Made by a program: the position numbers and the translations under genes. Under the pieces are notes generated by a model. That model was not told where the DNA came from. It saw only the letters and a list, made by a program, of their open reading frames with translations, and ran no database searches. This document shows, piece by piece, positions 58,522 through 64,000 of a stretch of DNA of 64,000 nt. Position 1 is the stretch's first letter. Each line of letters starts with the position of its first letter. Source of the stretch: Escherichia coli (GTDB lineage Bacteria > Pseudomonadota > Gammaproteobacteria > Enterobacterales > Enterobacteriaceae); NCBI RefSeq assembly GCF_013315695.1, contig NZ_CP054353.1; one strand, 5' to 3'.

Positions 58522-59313
58522 ATGAGCAGTAACTTCAGACATCAACTATTGAGTCTGTCGTTACTGGTTGGTATAGCGGCCCCCTGGGCCGCTTTTGCTC
58601 AGGCACCAATCAGTAGTGTCGGCTCAGGCTCGGTCGAAGACCGCGTCACTCAACTTGAGCGTATTTCTAATGCTCACAGCCAGCTTTTAACCCAACTCCA
58701 GCAACAACTCTCTGATAATCAATCCGATATTGATTCCCTGCGTGGTCAGATTCAGGAAAATCAGTATCAACTGAATCAGGTCGTGGAGCGGCAAAAGCAG
58801 ATCCTGTTGCAGATCGACAGCCTCAGCAGCGGTGGTGCAGCGGCGCAATCAACCAGCGGTGATCAAAGCGGTGCGGCGGCATCAACGACGCCGACAGCTG
58901 ATGCTGGTACTGCGAATGCTGGCGCGCCGGTGAAAAGCGGTGATGCAAACACGGATTACAATGCAGCTATTGCGCTGGTGCAGGATAAATCCCGCCAGGA
59001 TGACGCAATGGTGGCATTTCAGAATTTCATCAAAAATTACCCTGATTCAACTTTCCTGCCAAACGCCAATTATTGGCTGGGTCAGTTAAACTACAACAAG
59101 GGTAAAAAAGATGATGCGGCGTACTATTTTGCTTCGGTAGTGAAAAACTATCCGAAGTCACCAAAGGCTGCAGATGCGATGTTTAAAGTCGGCGTCATCA
59201 TGCAGGACAAAGGTGACACCGCAAAAGCGAAAGCCGTATACCAGCAGGTTATCAGTAAATACCCTGGTACTGATGGTGCTAAACAGGCGCAAAAACGTCT
59301 GAACGCGATGTAA
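58522..59313 (+). CDS. cpoB: Cell division coordinator CpoB (YbgF), TPR protein
   Basis: 263 aa; signal peptide, coiled-coil, TPR repeats. Confidence 0.93.
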   Translation: MSSNFRHQLLSLSLLVGIAAPWAAFAQAPISSVGSGSVEDRVTQLERISNAHSQLLTQLQQQLSDNQSDIDSLRGQIQENQYQLNQVVERQKQILLQIDSLSSGGAAAQSTSGDQSGAAASTTPTADAGTANAGAPVKSGDANTDYNAAIALVQDKSRQDDAMVAFQNFIKNYPDSTFLPNANYWLGQLNYNKGKKDDAAYYFASVVKNYPKSPKAADAMFKVGVIMQDKGDTAKAKAVYQQVISKYPGTDGAKQAQKRLNAM

Positions 59314-59477
59314 TGCATAACACACGACCAGAAGTCGCATTATTTCTGGTCGTGTCGTGCGAATCATAAGCAGTTGAGTGATCTACATCGAAATTTTTGT
59401 TGCGCTCAAGTCTGAAATCAGTAATATATGCCGCCGTTGCCACGGGATATCAAACAAACCGAAAGCAACGAAAAAGT

Positions 59478-59553
59478 GGGTCGTTAGCTCAGTTGGTAGA
59501 GCAGTTGACTTTTAATCAATTGGTCGCAGGTTCGAATCCTGCACGACCCACCA
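59478..59553 (+). tRNA. lysT: tRNA-Lys (anticodon UUU)
   Basis: 76-nt GGGTCGTTAGCTCAGTTGGTAGAGCAGTTGACTTTTAATCAATTGGTCGCAGGTTCGAATCCTGCACGACCCACCA with encoded CCA; anticodon loop cTTTTaa. Confidence 0.95.
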
Positions 59554-59599
59554 ATCGCTAAGGTGGAAGCGGTAGTAAAACGTGAAGGATAACGTTGCG

Positions 59600-59653
59600 T
59601 CAGCAACGGCCCGAAGGGCGAGACGAAGTCGAGTCATCCTGCACGACCCACCA
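59600..59653 (+). repeat. tRNA-Lys 3'-fragment relic in the lysT-valT spacer
   Basis: ...GGCCCGAAGGGCGAGACGAAGTCGAGTCATCCTGCACGACCCACCA repeats the tRNA-Lys acceptor/T-arm 3' end and is near-identical to the segment at 60380-60437. Confidence 0.55.
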
Positions 59654-59688
59654 CTAACATAGTTAGTTGTAGTATCCAGCGTAGTATT

Positions 59689-59764
59689 GGGTGATTAGCT
59701 CAGCTGGGAGAGCACCTCCCTTACAAGGAGGGGGTCGGCGGTTCGATCCCGTCATCACCCACCA
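59689..59764 (+). tRNA. valT: tRNA-Val (anticodon UAC)
   Basis: 76-nt GGGTGATTAGCTCAGCTGGGAGAGCACCTCCCTTACAAGGAGGGGGTCGGCGGTTCGATCCCGTCATCACCCACCA. Confidence 0.95.
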
Positions 59765-59766
59765 CC

Positions 59767-59842
59767 GGGTCGTTAGCTCAGTTGGTAGAGCAGTTGACTT
59801 TTAATCAATTGGTCGCAGGTTCGAATCCTGCACGACCCACCA
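59767..59842 (+). tRNA. lysW: tRNA-Lys (anticodon UUU)
   Basis: Identical 76-nt tRNA-Lys sequence. Confidence 0.95.
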
Positions 59843-59893
59843 CTAATGACGGTGGGTTCGGTGGAAGTAGTTTGTAGTATCCAGCGCAGTATC

Positions 59894-59969
59894 GGGTGAT
59901 TAGCTCAGCTGGGAGAGCACCTCCCTTACAAGGAGGGGGTCGGCGGTTCGATCCCGTCATCACCCACCA
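59894..59969 (+). tRNA. valZ: tRNA-Val (anticodon UAC)
   Basis: Identical 76-nt tRNA-Val sequence. Confidence 0.95.
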
Positions 59970-59972
59970 CTC

Positions 59973-60048
59973 GGGTCGTTAGCTCAGTTGGTAGAGCAGT
60001 TGACTTTTAATCAATTGGTCGCAGGTTCGAATCCTGCACGACCCACCA
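59973..60048 (+). tRNA. lysY: tRNA-Lys (anticodon UUU)
   Basis: Identical 76-nt tRNA-Lys sequence. Confidence 0.95.
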
Positions 60049-60096
60049 ATTTTAAAGATTGGTTCCGAGTAGAAATCTTTCAGGTAACACCCGTAT

Positions 60097-60172
60097 GGGT
60101 CGTTAGCTCAGTTGGTAGAGCAGTTGACTTTTAATCAATTGGTCGCAGGTTCGAATCCTGCACGACCCACCA
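60097..60172 (+). tRNA. lysZ: tRNA-Lys (anticodon UUU)
   Basis: Identical 76-nt tRNA-Lys sequence. Confidence 0.95.
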
Positions 60173-60205
60173 TCCTGAATGATTAAAGCAGCATAATCCC
60201 GCAAG

Positions 60206-60281
60206 GGGTCGTTAGCTCAGTTGGTAGAGCAGTTGACTTTTAATCAATTGGTCGCAGGTTCGAATCCTGCACGACCCACCA
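60206..60281 (+). tRNA. lysQ: tRNA-Lys (anticodon UUU)
   Basis: Identical 76-nt tRNA-Lys sequence; last tRNA of the array. Confidence 0.95.
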
Positions 60282-60285
60282 ATGT

Positions 60286-60312
60286 AAAAAAGCGCCCTAA
60301 AGGCGCTTTTTT
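60286..60312 (+). terminator. Rho-independent terminator of the tRNA operon
   Basis: AAAAAAGCGCC-CTAA-AGGCGCTTTTTT hairpin with T-run directly after lysQ. Confidence 0.75.
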
Positions 60313-60473
60313 GCTATCTGCGATACTCAAAGATTCGAACCTGCTGCAGGTTCGAGTTGAGCGCAGCGAAACAACGGAGCCGCTCGCGGCGACGGCCCGT
60401 AGGGCGAGCGAAGCGTGTCATCCTGCACGACCCACCAATGTAAAAAAGCGCCCTAAAGGCGCTTTTTTGCTAT
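60313..60473 (+). repeat. Duplicated tRNA-derived fragment plus second copy of the terminator
   Basis: Contains a T-arm-like ATTCGAACCTGCTGCAGGTTCGAG, then GGCCCGTAGGGCGAGCGAAGCGTGTCATCCTGCACGACCCACCA followed by an exact second copy of ATGTAAAAAAGCGCCCTAAAGGCGCTTTTTTGCTAT. Confidence 0.6.
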
Positions 60474-60595
60474 TCAGGTATCCTCAATTTCACTTTGTAA
60501 ACCTGATGACATCGTCAGAGCTTACTGTGCAAGCAACTCTACGTCGGTGGAATTAGGCGTAATTCGAGTGACTTTTCCCCACCATTCGACTATCT

Positions 60596-60614
60596 TGTTT
60601 AGCATATAAAACAA
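60596..60614. promoter_or_regulatory. NadR-type NAD box upstream of nadA
   Basis: Palindromic TGTTTAGCATATAAAACAA (TGTTTA...TAAACA-like) about 70 bp upstream of the nadA start. Confidence 0.45.
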
Positions 60615-60685
60615 ATTTCACCGATAACAGCGAATATTACGCTCATGTCGGTTTTAACGTTAAGCCTGTAAAACGAGATGGTAAG

Positions 60686-61729
60686 ATGAGCGTGATGTTT
60701 GATCCAGACACGGCGATTTATCCTTTCCCCCCGAAGCCGACGCCGTTAAGCATTGATGAAAAAGCGTATTACCGCGAGAAGATAAAACGTCTGCTAAAAG
60801 AACGTAATGCGGTGATGGTTGCCCACTACTATACCGATCCCGAAATTCAACAACTGGCAGAAGAAACCGGTGGCTGTATTTCTGATTCTCTGGAAATGGC
60901 GCGCTTCGGTGCAAAGCATCCCGCTTCTACGTTATTAGTCGCTGGGGTGAGATTTATGGGAGAAACCGCCAAAATTCTCAGTCCGGAAAAAACAATTCTG
61001 ATGCCGACACTTCAGGCTGAATGTTCACTGGATCTCGGCTGCCCTGTTGAAGAATTTAACGCATTTTGCGATGCCCATCCCGATCGTACTGTCGTCGTCT
61101 ACGCCAACACTTCTGCTGCGGTAAAAGCGCGCGCAGATTGGGTGGTAACTTCAAGCATTGCCGTCGAACTTATTGATCATCTGGATAGTTTGGGTGAAAA
61201 AATCATCTGGGCACCCGACAAACATCTGGGGCGTTACGTGCAAAAACAGACGGGCGCAGACATTTTATGCTGGCAGGGTGCCTGCATTGTGCATGATGAA
61301 TTTAAGACTCAGGCGTTAACCCGCTTGCAAGAAGAATACCCGGATGCTGCCATACTGGTGCATCCAGAATCACCACAAGCTATTGTCGATATGGCGGATG
61401 CGGTCGGTTCCACCAGTCAACTGATCGCTGCTGCGAAAACATTGCCACATCAGCGGCTTATCGTGGCAACCGATCGGGGCATTTTCTACAAAATGCAGCA
61501 GGCGGTGCCATATAAAGAGTTACTGGAAGCACCAACCGCGGGTGAGGGCGCAACCTGCCGCAGCTGCGCGCATTGTCCGTGGATGGCCATGAATGGCCTT
61601 CAGGCTATCGCAGAGGCATTAGAACAGGAAGGAAGCAATCACGAGGTTCATGTTGATGAAAGGCTGCGAGAGAGGGCGCTGGTGCCGCTCAATCGTATGC
61701 TGGAATTTGCGGCTACACTACGTGGATAA
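60686..61729 (+). CDS. nadA: Quinolinate synthase A
   Basis: 347 aa [33 protein letters not shown]... Confidence 0.96.
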   Translation: MSVMFDPDTAIYPFPPKPTPLSIDEKAYYREKIKRLLKERNAVMVAHYYTDPEIQQLAEETGGCISDSLEMARFGAKHPASTLLVAGVRFMGETAKILSPEKTILMPTLQAECSLDLGCPVEEFNAFCDAHPDRTVVVYANTSAAVKARADWVVTSSIAVELIDHLDSLGEKIIWAPDKHLGRYVQKQTGADILCWQGACIVHDEFKTQALTRLQEEYPDAAILVHPESPQAIVDMADAVGSTSQLIAAAKTLPHQRLIVATDRGIFYKMQQAVPYKELLEAPTAGEGATCRSCAHCPWMAMNGLQAIAEALEQEGSNHEVHVDERLRERALVPLNRMLEFAATLRG

Positions 61730-61766
61730 CGAATAATAAGGCGTAACGTTACGCTTTGGGGGAAAG

Positions 61767-62486
61767 ATGGATTTTTTTAGTGTGCAGAATATCCTGGTAC
61801 ATATACCAATAGGGGCAGGCGGTTATGATCTCTCATGGATCGAAGCGGTAGGCACAATCGCCGGGTTGCTGTGTATTGGCCTTGCCAGTCTGGAGAAGAT
61901 CAGCAACTACTTTTTTGGCCTGATCAACGTCACCTTGTTTGGCATTATTTTCTTTCAGATTCAGCTGTATGCCAGCCTGCTATTACAGATGTTTTTCTTT
62001 GCCGCGAATATTTACGGCTGGTATGCGTGGTCGCGACAAACCAGTCAGAACGAGGCGGAGTTGAAAATTCGCTGGTTGCCATTGCCGAAGGCGCTAAGCT
62101 GGTTGGCGGTTTGCGTTGTTTCGATTGGTCTGATGACGGTATTTATCAATCCGGTGTTTGCATTTTTGACCCGCGTGGCAGTCATCATCATGCAAGCATT
62201 AGGATTACAGGTTGCGATGCCTGAACTGCAACCGGACGCTTTCCCGTTCTGGGATTCCTGCATGATGGTGTTATCTATCGTGGCAATGATTCTGATGACG
62301 CGTAAATATGTGGAAAACTGGCTGTTGTGGGTGATTATTAACGTGATTAGCGTCGTTATTTTTGCACTTCAGGGCGTTTACGCCATGTCTCTGGAGTACA
62401 TCATCCTGACCTTTATTGCGCTCAACGGCAGCCGGATGTGGATCAACAGCGCACGCGAAAGAGGCTCACGCGCGCTGTCCCATTAA
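61767..62486 (+). CDS. pnuC: Nicotinamide riboside transporter PnuC
   Basis: 239 aa polytopic membrane protein [30 protein letters not shown]... Confidence 0.93.
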   Translation: MDFFSVQNILVHIPIGAGGYDLSWIEAVGTIAGLLCIGLASLEKISNYFFGLINVTLFGIIFFQIQLYASLLLQMFFFAANIYGWYAWSRQTSQNEAELKIRWLPLPKALSWLAVCVVSIGLMTVFINPVFAFLTRVAVIIMQALGLQVAMPELQPDAFPFWDSCMMVLSIVAMILMTRKYVENWLLWVIINVISVVIFALQGVYAMSLEYIILTFIALNGSRMWINSARERGSRALSH

Positions 62487-63424
62487 TGGTAATGATGTGA
62501 ATGGCCAGACACCCCTTCATTCAGGTGGCAGTCTGGCCCATGACAAGGTTGATATTCCATCTGAATGGTGGCGTGCTCAATCTGATAGTGATCCATCAGG
62601 TAGTGTTGGATCTGATCCAACAAGGCATCGTGATCGTGTGGCGGGATCACCTGCACATGCAGCGTCATCACCGGCTTCTCACCTACCATCCATACATGTA
62701 CATGGTGCACATTGCGGACTTCCGGGATTTCCCGGCACATACGACGCTTCAGTTCAGCGATATCCAGCGATACCGGTGCACCTTCAAGTAATTCATTCAC
62801 ACTATCTTTCAACAGTCGCCACGCGCTACGCAGAACCAGAAGCGACACCAGTATTGAGAGAATGGGGTCAGCAGGTGTCCAGCCGGTCCAGATAATAATC
62901 AACGCGGCAATAATAGCCCCAACCGAACCCAGCAGGTCCCCGAGCACATGCAGTGCCGCTGCTCGCACGTTGAGGTTTTTCTCTTCGCTGCCGTGATGAA
63001 GTAACCAGAAAGAAAGTATATTTGCCAGCAATCCAGCCACGGCAATTGCCATCATCATGCCGCCCTCGACCGGACGCGGCGTGCGGAAGCGTTCTATCGC
63101 CTCCCAGACAATCAAAATAGTAATCACCACCAGGGCGATGGCATTCACAAACGCCGCGAGCGTGGTCAATCTTAGCCAACCGAAAGTGTGGCGAATGGTG
63201 GGAGGTCGACGTGAAAATTGCACTGCGAGTAGGGCGAAAAGCAGGGCGGCAGTATCGGTCAACATATGACCCGCATCGGCCAGCAATGCCAGAGAACCGG
63301 AAAGAAAACCACCAATGACTTCTACGAGCATAAACCCGGCAGTCACGCCGAAAGCATACAACAAGCGACGAGCATTATTATCTTCTGGCAGGTGTGAGGA
63401 AGTGTGTGAGTGTGAGTGCGCCAT
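62483..63424 (-). CDS. zitB: Zinc efflux transporter (cation diffusion facilitator)
   Basis: 313 aa; His-rich N-terminus [11 protein letters not shown] and C-terminus HSHHYH; CDF family TM core. Confidence 0.93.
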   Translation of the reverse strand: MAHSHSHTSSHLPEDNNARRLLYAFGVTAGFMLVEVIGGFLSGSLALLADAGHMLTDTAALLFALLAVQFSRRPPTIRHTFGWLRLTTLAAFVNAIALVVITILIVWEAIERFRTPRPVEGGMMMAIAVAGLLANILSFWLLHHGSEEKNLNVRAAALHVLGDLLGSVGAIIAALIIIWTGWTPADPILSILVSLLVLRSAWRLLKDSVNELLEGAPVSLDIAELKRRMCREIPEVRNVHHVHVWMVGEKPVMTLHVQVIPPHDHDALLDQIQHYLMDHYQIEHATIQMEYQPCHGPDCHLNEGVSGHSHHYH

Positions 63425-63537
63425 GACGAGTCATCCCTTAATTATTCTCACTTAACTTTATGACATCATACTGCTTTTAGAAGGGAAAAATTAAAAGGGA
63501 GAGACTCCGCTCTCCCATTATTGGCTATTTCGCAGGG

Positions 63538-63918
63538 TTACTGCGTGGTACCGTCGGTTTTGGTATCGACATCATTGTTGATGCCATCACCGGTTTGGAC
63601 TTTTTTATTGATATCCGGGCAGCGACCATCTTTGCACATGGTGTTCTTGTGCTCTTCATCTTTGGTCATGCCGTCATTGTTCATTGAAGAACCATCCGGA
63701 TGCAGCATTGTGCCGCCAGAACCGGTATTTACCCCGTTATTGTCGACGTTATTTGGCGCGACATTTTCACGGGCATCAGGGGCTACCTGGCCCGCATCAG
63801 CTGCGGCGTTTGCCTGGCCGTTATTGCTTTGCGCTCCGCTATCGGCAGCCAGTGCGGCACCGCTGGCAAGGCTTAGAGTGGCAGTCAAAAATAGTGTGGC
63901 CAGTTTTGTCATTTTCAT
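63538..63918 (-). CDS. ybgS: Secreted low-complexity protein YbgS
   Basis: 126 aa; signal peptide [24 protein letters not shown] followed by Asn/Gly/Asp-rich sequence. Confidence 0.85.
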   Translation of the reverse strand: MKMTKLATLFLTATLSLASGAALAADSGAQSNNGQANAAADAGQVAPDARENVAPNNVDNNGVNTGSGGTMLHPDGSSMNNDGMTKDEEHKNTMCKDGRCPDINKKVQTGDGINNDVDTKTDGTTQ

Positions 63919-64000
63919 AGGATGCTCCTGTTATGGTCGTTATGTCGGATAACCTCTTCCAACAGTGCATTTGCAGGTGAATATAAGGCAATGGTTTAAG

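Noticed and set aside
60221-60556. 111-aa plus-strand ORF spanning lysQ and the terminator repeats
   Set aside because: It reads through a tRNA gene and two terminator hairpins; the translation repeats the same peptide because of the duplicated terminator; an artefact.

Overview
This window is an Escherichia coli-type chromosomal segment running pgm-potE-speF-speFL-kdpEDCBAF-ybfA-ybgA-phr-dtpD-ybgI-pxpBCA-nei-abrB-gltA-sdhCDAB-sucABCD-[about 16.6 kb accessory island]-cydABX-ybgE-ybgC-tolQRA-tolB-pal-cpoB-(tRNA Lys/Val array)-nadA-pnuC-zitB-ybgS. All calls come from reading the supplied ORF translations and the nucleotide sequence against remembered protein families; nothing was searched or computed. 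The core genes look intact and near-identical to E. coli K-12, but three K-12 segments are absent: ybfP/ybfGH after pgm, the rhsC element between ybfA and ybgA, and the ybgOPQD fimbrial operon between abrB and gltA. The main discovery candidate is the island between the sucD terminator and the cydA regulatory region, where K-12 carries mngR-mngAB. It encodes a tightly packed minus-strand operon for coenzyme-B12-dependent glutamate mutase (S, L and E components), 3-methylaspartate ammonia-lyase, an AtuA-like DUF1446 protein with a small DUF4387-like partner, a DAACS-family transporter, a class I fumarase paralog (mesaconase, which I recall as FumD of E. coli O157:H7) and a second cob(I)alamin adenosyltransferase. 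It also carries a LysR regulator, a shortened RtcB-like ORF, a secreted TPR protein and two low-GC ORFs of unknown function. No citramalate lyase genes are present, so the DUF1446/DUF4387 pair is a candidate for an uncharacterised step. No integrase, transposase, IS element or CRISPR array was seen.
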